Of a stretch of 64,000 nt of DNA, positions 25,345 to 35,469 are shown one piece after another (position 1 is the stretch's first letter; each line of letters opens with the position of its first letter). Source of the DNA: Anthoceros angustus (Eukaryota; Plantae; Anthocerotophyta); contig VJWM01000044.1 of the NCBI GenBank assembly GCA_010909165.1, positions 1,426,001-1,490,000 on the forward strand, in the 5' to 3' direction. The notes under the pieces are model-generated. The model was not told the DNA's origin. It saw nothing but the letters and a program-made list of their open reading frames with translations, and did no database searches. The position numbers were made by a program, and so were the translations under genes.

Positions 25345-25575
25345 GGGGAAGCCTTGTCCAAATGGCCTAGGCCAAATGGACACACATTTATAAGAACGCC
25401 GTGATTAAGCATCCTGAGCTTGGATCGGTACTTAGATGGGGTGCCTAAAGGGAATGGATGCCCTTGGTGCAAGTAGCTTAGGCAACCATGGTACAAGTTG
25501 TTAAGTACCAAGTCCCATGACGGAAATCCGTCCTTAGTGGACTTAAATAAAATTCTTCTTCTTCTTCTTGTTCTT
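25345..25575 (+). mobile_element. Short non-coding element ending in the shared LINE-type 3' terminus and a (TTC)n tail (SINE-like or a truncated LINE 3' UTR)
   Basis: Ends GTCCCATGACGGAAATCCGTCCTTAGTGGACTTAAATAAAA(TTC)n. The body is the reverse-complement homolog of ~61690-61890. Confidence 0.65.
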
Positions 25576-25579
25576 GGGA

Positions 25580-26950
25580 TCTAAAATGCATGGCATGTGA
25601 AGACGAAATGCATTTCGTCCTCGACCTCGCCTAGAAGACAATGTTGGCAGATCCTGAGTGCTCTTACCTTAGTTTTCTCTGTGTGACTACTTCTAGCTTG
25701 TGGTCCCTACACCAGAACTTAGCCATTAGTTGCTAGCGATGGGTTTGTAAATTTTGAGTCATGTAGCATTGGATTTTGCAATCACTGTGCCATCATGTGT
25801 TATCAATGTAGAAAGCTAGTCCTTCTTCAGTGGTTCGCCCCGCCATGCCTTAATGACATGTACATTTTTTATGTGTTGGTTTGTGATGAACTCTATTAAA
25901 GTTCTTTCTTGGGAGTTTGAATTTTTTGAGCCATAGAAGGGGTTGTCTGCACCAACTCTTTTTACCCTAGGTACTTGGTCTTATGTTCTTTTATGGCCAT
26001 GCTAGGTATTCTCTCATTGTCCATAGATTGCACCCTTTACACATACCTAATTTGTTTGGATAAGCTCGTGGATCTCAACTGGATACTAGTATCCCAACTT
26101 TGGCTAGTACTATCTCTCTTGGTGTGTTTCTTTCGAAGTGTAGGATTCGGCAGATAAAGTTGATTTGAAGGCCTTCTATGTTCTTCCAACTGGATTTTGG
26201 GCAAGTTGGGCCCCATATAAGATCTTGCAGTACGCACACACGAGTTGAACAGATAAAGGGCAAGAGGTCTGCTTGATAGACATCCTTCATAGAGCTGATG
26301 ATGATCGCCGGTTTCGTGATGCTGAATGTGTAAGTTGTTCAAGTTCTAGGATTGATCTTATGGGTTTGTTGGATTTGTGTGTTAGCCCCAAGTATTTGTA
26401 TTCTCTAATGGCCGTCAATCTTGGCTCCTATAAAGGTTTCCACTTGGCATTGGATGCATTGGCTCCGAAGCACATTGTCTTGGTCTTGCCCATGTTTACT
26501 GATAGGTAACAATGCCATGTATATACGGAAGAGAAGAGGGCTCAATGGGCAACCCTGTCTTACTCCGGCATTGCTTTTGAAGCGTTTGGTGCGACCTGAG
26601 TCATTCTGAATCCTCATAGCGCAATATTGATATGCAATCTAGACTGCCCCGATGAGACCATCTTTAATCCCTGTGGCCTTCATGGACTGCCATAGTTGGA
26701 AGTGTGTTATTTTATCAAAGGCTTTAGTGAGTTCGATAAAGCAACACAATAGTCTTTGTTTTTCTGCCCTGTTTTCTTGATCAGGTAATGAAATGTGATA
26801 AGGTGCTCATGTCCATTGTATCCCTCACTGAAACCTGCTGGTATGTGTTATATTGTAATAGTTCGTCTTCTCGGATCCGTAACTCACAAACTTTGCTGTG
26901 AAGTTTATGAAAAATAAAGTTTAGCAGAAAAGTTCGATAGTTATCGGTTA
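25580..26950 (-). mobile_element. Degraded non-LTR retrotransposon (LINE) reverse transcriptase to C-terminal region
   Basis: Broken frames give CFIELTKAFDKI, GVRQGCPLSPLLF, KYLG and GEVEDEMHFVFTC. The last matches EVETEEHFVFVC of the LINE at 62.9 kb. Confidence 0.8.
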
Positions 26951-27066
26951 TCATGTCATCCCCTGATTTGTAAATGGTAAATGAGATGCTCTTACCCTAG
27001 TCTGGTGACAGGTCTCCCATCATGTAGATGTATTTGAAGAGAGTTGTAATAGCAGAAGGTAGGTTG

Positions 27067-27161
27067 GTGTCGATGGCTGCCTTCAAGAATGTCGAGATTT
27101 ATACCAACATCCCAGTGTCGATGGCTGCCTTCAAGAATGTCGAGATTTATACCAACATCCC
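27067..27161. repeat. 2 x 48-bp tandem duplication
   Basis: GTGTCGATGGCTGCCTTCAAGAATGTCGAGATTTATACCAACATCCC starts at 27067 and again at 27115. Confidence 0.9.
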
Positions 27162-27751
27162 GGACAATCTAATCAAAATGTATGAAAATTTCTAAGACCT
27201 ATAGAAATAAAATTGTATATATTTTTATATAGAGAACCTGATATTAAATAAAATTAACTATGGACTTAAATATATATAATTATATTCTAGTAATATATAA
27301 GAACTTATTAAGTGGTGAATCTACTTAAATCCTGATATCACACAAAGTAATTACTATTTACAAATTACGCGACACGATTTTGGAGGGAGTGCCAACTAAG
27401 GGGCCGTCATTTTATGGGCACCAATTAGAGTGGGCCGACTGCAGGTAGCGCCTTGTTCTCGTGCACCTATCCATCACGCACATCACGCTTAGAAGAGACT
27501 GAAGTTCGAGGAAATAACCGCATGCAATTAGAGACTGTTAATGACACGGTCGAAAACAAGTTTCCATCCGGAGTGAAGCCGAAGTGCTTCTCTGTTCCAT
27601 ACGTTGCCACAGTTCAGTGGCAGGAGACTGGAAGCGTAACTGGAACTGCTGAAGTGGTGAGGAGGGCAGGACAAGGTCGAGGATTCGAGCAAGACGACCC
27701 GGTACTAAGCAGACTCTTGGGGACACTCGGCATCCACACAAGGCGAAGGGC

Positions 27752-30523
27752 ATGAAACGAGGTGCGAGCAAAAAGCGTGACAAGAAGAAACGTGGAGGCG
27801 CACTTCAAGGCTGGCTTCCTTTCAGGTGTATTGGCAAAGAGCCAGTCTGGAAATTCCGAGATGAGGACGATTACAAGCCAACACGGGCAGCAGAGAGAGA
27901 ACACATCACTGACCAAATCTGGCTTGATGAGGCTGAAGTGATTGCGGAAGCCAAAGAGTGCGAGGAGCAGCAGCAGGCACTGGAACCAGAATCGGAGCCT
28001 GCGGGATGCCAGCACTTCAACTCCATCTACTTTGATGAGGATAAAGGAGAGTTTTGCAAAACATGTTGGGTTTTGATCAGAGACATCGCTGACATCCCGC
28101 CTGAAATTGACCGGAGGCGGAGAGCGCGGTTCAAGCCGGATGAAGAGCGATGGGCTAATGGGTATCCGGATGAGGACGAGGATGAGGATGAGGATGAGGA
28201 GGAGGAGGAGGAGGTGGAGGGACAAAGCGGTGCGGTCATTGCTGTCCCGCCTGGTGGGGAATTGCAGGAGAGCGTGGACCCGGAGCGTGGGCTCTGCACA
28301 ATTCCTGAGCTAGCCGAGCACATGCATCCGCATCAGAGGAGTAGCTTCGGGTTCCTGTGGAGAAATCTGGGGGGGTGTGCTGCTTCTGCTCAGCAAGCTG
28401 GAGGATGCATTTTAGCTCACGCCCCAGGGACAGGGAAGTCCCTACTCATCATCAGCTTTCTGCAGAGTTACTTCCGAGCTAATCCAGATCACCGAGCTTT
28501 GATTGTTGCTCCCAAGAGCATGCTGAAAGTCTGGAAGCGGGAATTCGAGAAGTGGAAGTCGAGCGTGCCTGTCCTAATCCTCAACTACAACAAGACGGCT
28601 TGGAAGGAAGCGGGGGACACGGCTCCCCGGGTGCGTGGGGACAACAACATTCACAAGGACCGAAGGGGGGTGCTGGAGGCGTGGAGGAACAAGCCAGGCA
28701 CCGTGCTCACTACGAATTACCAGACGTTGCAAAGGATTGTGCATGCATATGATCCGCTGCAGCTGGCTAGCTCAGTAGCCAATTGCAACAAGGAGTGCGT
28801 GATTAACCAGACGAATGTGCTCATTCTGGATGAAGGACACTTCATCAGAAACATTACCCAATGCAGGAGCGCTGTGATGGAGATCAAAACCGAGCGGCGA
28901 GTTTTGCTGTCAGGAACCCTGTTCCAAAACAACGTTGAGGAGCTCCGGAACCTCTGCTACTTGGTCAGGCCTAACTTCCTGGACGAGGCAAGGTGTGCCA
29001 AGCAGGCTGGTGCCTTGGAGGGTGTCATCCAAATTGATTCCGATTATGACGACAAGAGGACACCTGGCTACCAGGCCTCACCTCCTCCCGCCCGGGTGCT
29101 CAGACATCGTCCGGCAGCAGATCCAGCGGTGACTGCGGTGCATCGTGAGAAGATTCTTATCCAGAAGCAAAAGAGGAAGCAAAAAAATTTTGACAACAAG
29201 TGCATGATGTTATTTCCTGCGTTGTTGAAGAAGGACAGCAAAGCTACTGAGCAACAGAGGGACGAGGAGATAAAGAAATGGCAGGAATACACCGACTGGT
29301 TTGTGGATTACTTTGATGGGAAGGGCATCCTGGAGAAGCTTCCTCCATTACAGGAGTATGTCTTGAAGGCGAACCCTACCGAGATTCAGAAGGATATGCT
29401 GGAAGACAAAAGTCTGCTGGAAGGGCGGCATGAGTTAACCATGCTGGAGGCCCATCAACAAAGCTCTCGCATATGCATGCACCCTGTACTTGAGGAGTGG
29501 AATGGTGACGTCAGCAGGGATCAAGAGTATCGTAATGCTAGGCGGGAGGAGGGAGTGAAGACACACATTGTGATGCAACTGCTGGAGTTGTGTAATCAGC
29601 AGAACGAGAAGGTGATAGTCTTCTGCATGCAGGTGGAGCCGCTAAACCTGTTAAGGAGCATGATGGAGGCCTCTTTCAAGTGGTCCCTAGGGATGGAGTT
29701 CCGAATAGTGCATGGATCAATGAACTTGGATGACCGGCTTCGAAGTATGGATGATTTCAACCAAGTTGATGGACCGGTGAAGGTGATGCTAGCTTCCACC
29801 AAGGCCTGCGGAGAGGGTGTATCTCTGGTTGGAGCATCCCGAGTTATCCACTTGGACACAGAGTGGAACCCGGCGGTGAACAGACAGGCCACATGCCGAG
29901 CTCATCGACAGGGGCAGACGAAGCCAGTATTTGCTTACCGTCTTCTTGCGTGCGATACGTGTGAAGAAGACCGTTACAACACTGCCATCTCCAAGGACAA
30001 CCTGGGGAGGAGAATTCTTGTACCTGCTGAGGAAAGGGGTTCATCAGGGAAAGGACCGCTGCAGCCGCCAGTCCCATGTGCCACCATCGACGACAGCATC
30101 CTGAAGAAGCTTATCCGGTGGGACAAGAATGAGAGCATAATGCAGATTGTCAAGCTAGGCCTACACGAGGGCGCTACTGCCTATGCAGAGGAGATTGTTT
30201 ATGCTACAGCAAAGGCCGAAACTTCTTCCCTAGAGCAGACGAAAACGCCTGCAGATGCTTCCCCAGAGCAGAGGGAAGTGCCTGCAGAAGCTTCCCCAAA
30301 GCAGATGAAAACGCCTGCAGAGCCTTCTGCAACTAAACGGAAAAGGAAGTACAAGAGAAAGAGACCTCGCAGGAAACTCGAATTATCAGACGAAGACAAG
30401 CGCCAAAAGGTCCAGCCTTTCAGAAGCTCCCGCCCTCCAAAACGAGAGATCATCGGTGTCAGCAGTGGTGAGGACGATGCCGTCCCCTCCAATTCAGACA
30501 ATGATTTATCAGATGAGTTCTGA
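27752..30523 (+). CDS. SNF2-family chromatin remodeller, CLASSY/DRD1 subfamily (intronless, 923 aa)
   Basis: Cys/His motif CQH...GEFCKTC, MHPHQRSSFGFLWRNL, GGCILAHAPGTGKSLLIISFLQSY, LILDEGH, VLLSGTLFQNN, LASTKACGEGVSLVGASRV and WNPAVNRQATCRAHRQGQ. A basic NLS-like tail follows. Confidence 0.92.
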   Translation: MKRGASKKRDKKKRGGALQGWLPFRCIGKEPVWKFRDEDDYKPTRAAEREHITDQIWLDEAEVIAEAKECEEQQQALEPESEPAGCQHFNSIYFDEDKGEFCKTCWVLIRDIADIPPEIDRRRRARFKPDEERWANGYPDEDEDEDEDEEEEEEVEGQSGAVIAVPPGGELQESVDPERGLCTIPELAEHMHPHQRSSFGFLWRNLGGCAASAQQAGGCILAHAPGTGKSLLIISFLQSYFRANPDHRALIVAPKSMLKVWKREFEKWKSSVPVLILNYNKTAWKEAGDTAPRVRGDNNIHKDRRGVLEAWRNKPGTVLTTNYQTLQRIVHAYDPLQLASSVANCNKECVINQTNVLILDEGHFIRNITQCRSAVMEIKTERRVLLSGTLFQNNVEELRNLCYLVRPNFLDEARCAKQAGALEGVIQIDSDYDDKRTPGYQASPPPARVLRHRPAADPAVTAVHREKILIQKQKRKQKNFDNKCMMLFPALLKKDSKATEQQRDEEIKKWQEYTDWFVDYFDGKGILEKLPPLQEYVLKANPTEIQKDMLEDKSLLEGRHELTMLEAHQQSSRICMHPVLEEWNGDVSRDQEYRNARREEGVKTHIVMQLLELCNQQNEKVIVFCMQVEPLNLLRSMMEASFKWSLGMEFRIVHGSMNLDDRLRSMDDFNQVDGPVKVMLASTKACGEGVSLVGASRVIHLDTEWNPAVNRQATCRAHRQGQTKPVFAYRLLACDTCEEDRYNTAISKDNLGRRILVPAEERGSSGKGPLQPPVPCATIDDSILKKLIRWDKNESIMQIVKLGLHEGATAYAEEIVYATAKAETSSLEQTKTPADASPEQREVPAEASPKQMKTPAEPSATKRKRKYKRKRPRRKLELSDEDKRQKVQPFRSSRPPKREIIGVSSGEDDAVPSNSDNDLSDEF

Positions 30524-30882
30524 GGTGTACATGTGGAAGGCTATCGCGCAGTGAAGGGAGGATTTATGTGGTCCTCATCTCTCAGGGATGGACATACACA
30601 GTCTGGACCGAACACTGTCTTCCTCCGTTTCACAATGCTTGAACCGGTAGAAAGACGGAGCGTTGTAATCTACAAATTGTGTGGCACTAATGCACAAGAC
30701 GATGTGGACCTCATACAACGGTGAGAATACCAAGACACTGGATGGCAGGAGTTTGTCAGTCTCATTGGAGGAATGGAAACAACGAAGGTTCCTTGGTAAA
30801 GGTCCCTCAATCAGTTATGCTGCCAGCACGGGAATGTTAAACTATTTCAGCAAACTATTTCAGCCATGCATTTATATGCCAT

Positions 30883-31566
30883 AGTAACGGCACTGATGAA
30901 ATAAGGTAAAAAGGTGAAAAGTTAGAAAAGGTAAAAAACTAAGTTAGCACTGATGAAATAAGGTAAAAAGGTGAAAAGTTAGAAAAGGTAAAAAACTAAG
31001 TTAGTAGCTGCCCTCTTAAGAAGATGCATGTTGCATGCTTCATGCAATCTCTTGTTAAAAAGGAATTGCTACAGCCACAAATGAAGAGCTGCTTAGAGAG
31101 GACTCTTAGTGATCAGTGGTCTGTAAGAATCCCTCGATTTAACAACTGTCTAGTTGAGGTCAGGCTGCGGGATATATAAGGGCTAGAGCAAGGGCTTTGA
31201 GGACCAAGTGGGACTCACTCTTTGAGAGAGCAGGCAAGTGTGCGCTGCAAGCCTTGTGTTGAGAGAGAGAGAGAGAGCTGTGGAGAGCTAGCTAGTGAGC
31301 TTGTCATGGAATCAAGGGCAGTAGCCAGTCGGGCGTAGATAGCAAGATTCCATCGTTGTATTCTTGCAATAAAGAGCAGCACCTCGAGGAGGTGGCCTGC
31401 GAGTCGTCAGTGGACGGCGGGCTACTTGGAGCCTAATGCTGTGTTGTGAAGTTGAGAGCGCTGAGAATCGTGCAAGTCTCTTGTGGAGTGAATTGACGAG
31501 GTCCTAGACCGCTGGGTAGCCAACACTTGTCGCTTCCTTACTAGCTGTGCAGTGAGGGGTGTTACT
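30883..31566 (+). mobile_element. Solo-LTR-like element with AGTAAC...GTTACT termini and a 5-bp TSD GCCAT
   Basis: GCCAT at 30878-30882 and 31567-31571. Internal TATATAAG, AATAAAGAGCAGC and GGCGGGCTACTTGGAG are shared with 55123-55718. An internal 2 x 57-bp duplication lies at ~30890-31004. Confidence 0.8.
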
Positions 31567-31571
31567 GCCAT

Positions 31572-32960
31572 GGCTAATGAGAAACTGACTACACCTGCAC
31601 GTATGATAAACACCTCATCAAACACTATACCTTGATGGTGATGCTGGCAAAGTTGTATGTACCCAATTTGTAACCGATCTTCAACGTACTTCATTTGGGC
31701 CTCCTCATTCAAGCTTACGTTCCTCCAACTGGTAGTCTGCAAAATATAATTATAGAGCTCCGGATTTTTCTCCATGATAGTCTTCCAACTCTTCTCGTTG
31801 TTTAAAAAGAGTGCAAAAACCAGCTCTGGGATTGCATGAACCTTAAACTGCAAAAATTACGACATATTAGTAATAAAATAAGTATTAAAACAATAATATA
31901 TAATTAAAATATTTAAAATTATAATTACCTGATATTTTATTCGAATTATTTCTTTTGTAAATATTTATGAAGAATACTCCATTTGTTGCTTCTCGAGCTC
32001 TATTATTTTGACCTCTGCAAGTTTCAACAACTAAACTTTTGATTGCTTCTCAACCTCCAAGAGCTACTCTTTATCATGCAAAAGGAGCTCTTTAGCTTGC
32101 TCCTTAGCTTCCATCAGCTGCTCTTTAGCTTGCTCCTTGGCTGTAAGAGCTGCTCGTTAGGTTGCTCTTTGGCCTCCATCAGCTGCTCTTTACCTTGTAA
32201 GAGCTGCTCTTTAGCTTGCTTTTTGGCCTACATCATCTGCTCTTGAGCCTCCATCAGCGTCTCTTGTAATATCATCTTCTGCTCTTGTGCAATTATCTTA
32301 ATGGACACTTGAATCATATCCAAAAAGCCAAGGAAATCCCTACTTTGTTCAATAAGTGTGGATCATGTGCAGAACATAGTAAATAAATAAAACATAAAAA
32401 AGGTAAGAATTAGACTTGAAATCGAACCTTTGTGGAGCTCCAAATAACCCCAGTTACACTCTCCATAGTATTTTTGTATGTTGCATCTTGAGCCATTGTT
32501 TTTCCAGTGTACCTTGTGAACAAAGCTGCCACCATTCCGTGAACTGCAACCAAAAAGAACACGTGCAAGAGACACAAGTCACGATGATTTTCGTTCTGCC
32601 ACACAAGTCTAGAGAATGATTGATGAGAGGAAAAGCATATTCAAACCCAACATTCTGTCATGGCAACGTCAATACGAGGCATGTCATGGCAATGTCACGC
32701 ATAACATTCATGTCGACATCGCTTCGTTTCAACCGTTTGTCGGTGGCATCAGAGATTGGAGCACCTGTTACCATGACATTATGCTCTGTCCAGTCAAGTT
32801 TGGCTCCCATCTTCGCTAACACCTCGGCGAACTTCACATCACCTTGTAGGCACAAGAGCGACCGTGGCAAGCAACATCACGCATGGCACTCATGTTGACA
32901 TTGATTCATTTCAATCGTTTGCCATGGGCCTCAAAGATGGGAGCTGTTATGCCAGCTGAC
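31572..32960 (-). pseudogene. Chimeric cassette copy A: EPSPS exon fragment(s) + KARI exon + degenerate coiled-coil gene
   Basis: LQGDVKFAEVLAKMGAK (EPSPS, ~32660-32845, with a second remnant at ~32873-32960); VAVHGMVAALFTRYTG...YKNTMESVTGVI (KARI, ~32427-32560); (A)KEQ-rich coiled coil at ~32000-32330, then an AT-rich intron and the exon FKVHAIPELV... cut by the solo LTR. Stops and frameshifts are present. Confidence 0.75.
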
Positions 32961-33079
32961 ACTAATCTGAGCGCTTGGGTTTAGTGTTGATTAGTATTAA
33001 TTGATCTAATTACTTATCTTTAAGTAACCAATTAGTATTAATTAAGCTAAAGTGCTAATATTAATTAAGTTTTAATTAC

Positions 33080-33955
33080 ATGTCAAAAAGACCGAAGACT
33101 GTCATCTTCAAAGACAACCTGGGGAGCAGAATTCTTGCACATGCTGATAAAAGGGGTCCATCAGGGAAAGGACGGCTGTAGCCGCTGGTCCCATGCGCAA
33201 CCATCGATGACAGCATCCTGAAGAAGCTTCTGCAGAGCACAGGAATACGCCTGCAGAAGCTTTTGCAGAGCAGAGGAAAACGCTTGCAGAAGCTTCCCCC
33301 AAGCAGAGGAAAAAGTCTGCACTCAAGCCACGGGCTCCTCCACCTAAACCCTAAATGGAAAAGAAGACTTCCTTTTTCACAAACGAACAAGAGAAAGAGA
33401 CCTCGCAGGAAACTCGAATTATGAGATGAAGACAAGCGCCTTAGGTCCAGCATTTCAGAGCTTCTGAAATGCTGGACCTTAGGCGCCCTTCAAAATAAGA
33501 GATCGTCAGTGTCAGCAGTTTGGTGAAGACGATGCTGTCCCCTTAAGATGATGATTTATTAGATGAGGTATGAGGTGCACAGGTGGAAGGGTATCACGCA
33601 GTAAAGGGAGGATTTATGTGATCCTCATCTCTCAGGGATGGACATAGATAGTCTGGACCAGACACTGTCTGTCTCCTTTTCACAATGCTTGAACCGGTAG
33701 AAAGATGGAGCATTGTAATCTACGTGGATTAGCAGACTGCGAGACGCAGCGGAGATCAACCTGAAGAGCACGGGTGAGACGACTTTTGGACGAATTGTGT
33801 GGCGCTGGATGCAGAAGAAGATGTGGAGCTCATACACGATGAGAATACCAGACACATGGGGCAGAAGTATGTTAGTTTCATTGGAGGAATAGAAACAACT
33901 AAGGTTCCTTGGGAAAGGTCCGTCAGTCAGTTGTGGTGCTAGCATGAGAATGTTT
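33080..33955 (+). pseudogene. Partial direct duplicate of the CLASSY-like gene 3' end and its downstream flank
   Basis: Colinear with ~29955-30838 (GACAACCTGGGGAG..AGAATTCTTG, GACAGCATCCTGAAGAAGCTT, CTCGCAGGAAACTCGAATTAT, TCCTCATCTCTCAGGGATGGACATA). It has indels and premature stops. Confidence 0.85.
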
Positions 33956-33959
33956 ACCC

Positions 33960-34683
33960 TGTTAAGATTTGGAAAAGAACCTTGGCATCCTTGAAGGAGC
34001 CACTGAAGGTCCTCTAGTAGAACCCTCAGCAACAATTTGAAGCTACAATTCGACGAAAGCGGTGAAACAGTAAAAAATAGTATTGAGCTTGTTGTTATCG
34101 TCACGGGCGATTTGAGAGGGCATTCCCTCTTCAGATGGTTAGTTCTTCCACATAACCCACAACGCACAGGTAAATTAGAGTAGTGAAACAACTGGGAGAG
34201 TTTGTGAGATGGGTTAGTTAGGTCCTGAATTTCTACACCCGCCAGGAGGTTACTGAAATCAGCAACCTTCACCCCAAACTTGGGATTGGCAGAAAAAAAG
34301 GCTGAATGAAACTTAGGGACGTGAACAACTTTACCAACAACCGACAAGATTTCTTGTACTTTTGACAATGACTGAACAAGTAGAGCAGAAAAGCGAACCC
34401 ACAAAAACTGTTGCTGGATATGTGACTGAGTAAGCGTGCACTCGGGAGTCCATGCTTCCAGAATCGCAGAGGCCGCAGTAATAAATTGGACCTCGAAATG
34501 AAGCAATCGTTGAGCGTCAGCACTACTATCACATTTGACTTGGAAAGATCCGTTAGCCTTAACAAAAGCACACCACGAAGGCCTCAACCTCTTGAACAGT
34601 GGGGGGAGAACTAGCAAAGACACGACCCACCACACATGAGGCCAACAGAGTAGCTTCTTCATTATCAAAGTACTATAGCTCAA
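33960..34683 (-). mobile_element. L1-type LINE ORF1 (DUF4283-like region plus zinc knuckle)
   Basis: GSFQVKCDS..DAQRLL...ILEAWTPE...LWVRFSAL...VGKVV followed by YSNLPVRCGLCGRTNHLKRECP (CX2CX4HX4C). This is the layout of plant L1 ORF1. Confidence 0.75.
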
Positions 34684-34732
34684 TCATCAGAGAAGAGAAG
34701 GGCCCCAAGTGGATGGGTCCCGATACAGAATC

Positions 34733-35185
34733 CTTGACCTTCCTTGAACCATTGGTCTTAAGAGGAAGGAGCTGACCCGACTTGACCTTCCTTCTGAGCA
34801 AACTGGCGTCAAGGAAGCCTTTGTTTTTATGAAGCCTTTATTTTATGGGATAGAGTGATGGTAATTTGTCAGGCTCATAAGGCGAATGTGGTTCGAATTC
34901 TTTGCCAAATGTTTTAGGTAGTTGGCAAACAGCGCTATCTAGAAAACGGCCTACGTTGTACGATTAAATTCCAAACCATTGGTCTCAAAAGGAAGGAATT
35001 GACCTGACTTGCCCTTCCTTGAACCATCGGTCTCGAAAGGAAGGAACTGACCCAACTTGACCTTCCTTGAACCATTGGTCTCAAAAGCAAGGAACTGACC
35101 CGGCTTGACCTTCCTTGAACCATCGGTTTCAAAAGGAAGGAATTGACCCGACTTGACCTTCCTTGAACCATTGGTCTGAAAAGGA
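34733..35185. repeat. 48-bp minisatellite (~4.4 tandem units at ~34975-35185 plus a dispersed unit at ~34735-34795)
   Basis: Unit is approximately CCATTGGTCTCAAAAGGAAGGAATTGACCCGACTTGACCTTCCTTGAA. It shows as 16-aa repeats in ORF 34935-35171. Confidence 0.9.
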
Positions 35186-35469
35186 AGCTTTACGCCCAGG
35201 CCGACGACCTAACCCAAGCTTTGAATAGACTATATGAACATGAGGTACAAACCTAGGATCGGAGCTATGTACATGAACACCGAGAGACCTGATAGCATTT
35301 CTGAGAACATCGATCCGGTAGCATCACAATTGTTTGGATGTCGCGAAAACAAAGTGCTCTCCCGCTGCCCCTTTCCAGAGGGGGCCAAGATGCCATGAAG
35401 CCATGACCTAAGCTCAAGAGCATTACACCATAATAACATTGTCCGCTATTTGCATAACATTTCCCTCAC

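Noticed and set aside
32955-32965. CACTA pentamer as a CACTA transposon end for the capture cassette
   Set aside because: No matching TAGTG terminus with subterminal repeats or 3-bp TSD could be identified.
34975-35185. Palindromic repeats resembling a CRISPR array
   Set aside because: Units are contiguous with no unique spacers, there are no cas genes, and the context is eukaryotic. Treated as a minisatellite.
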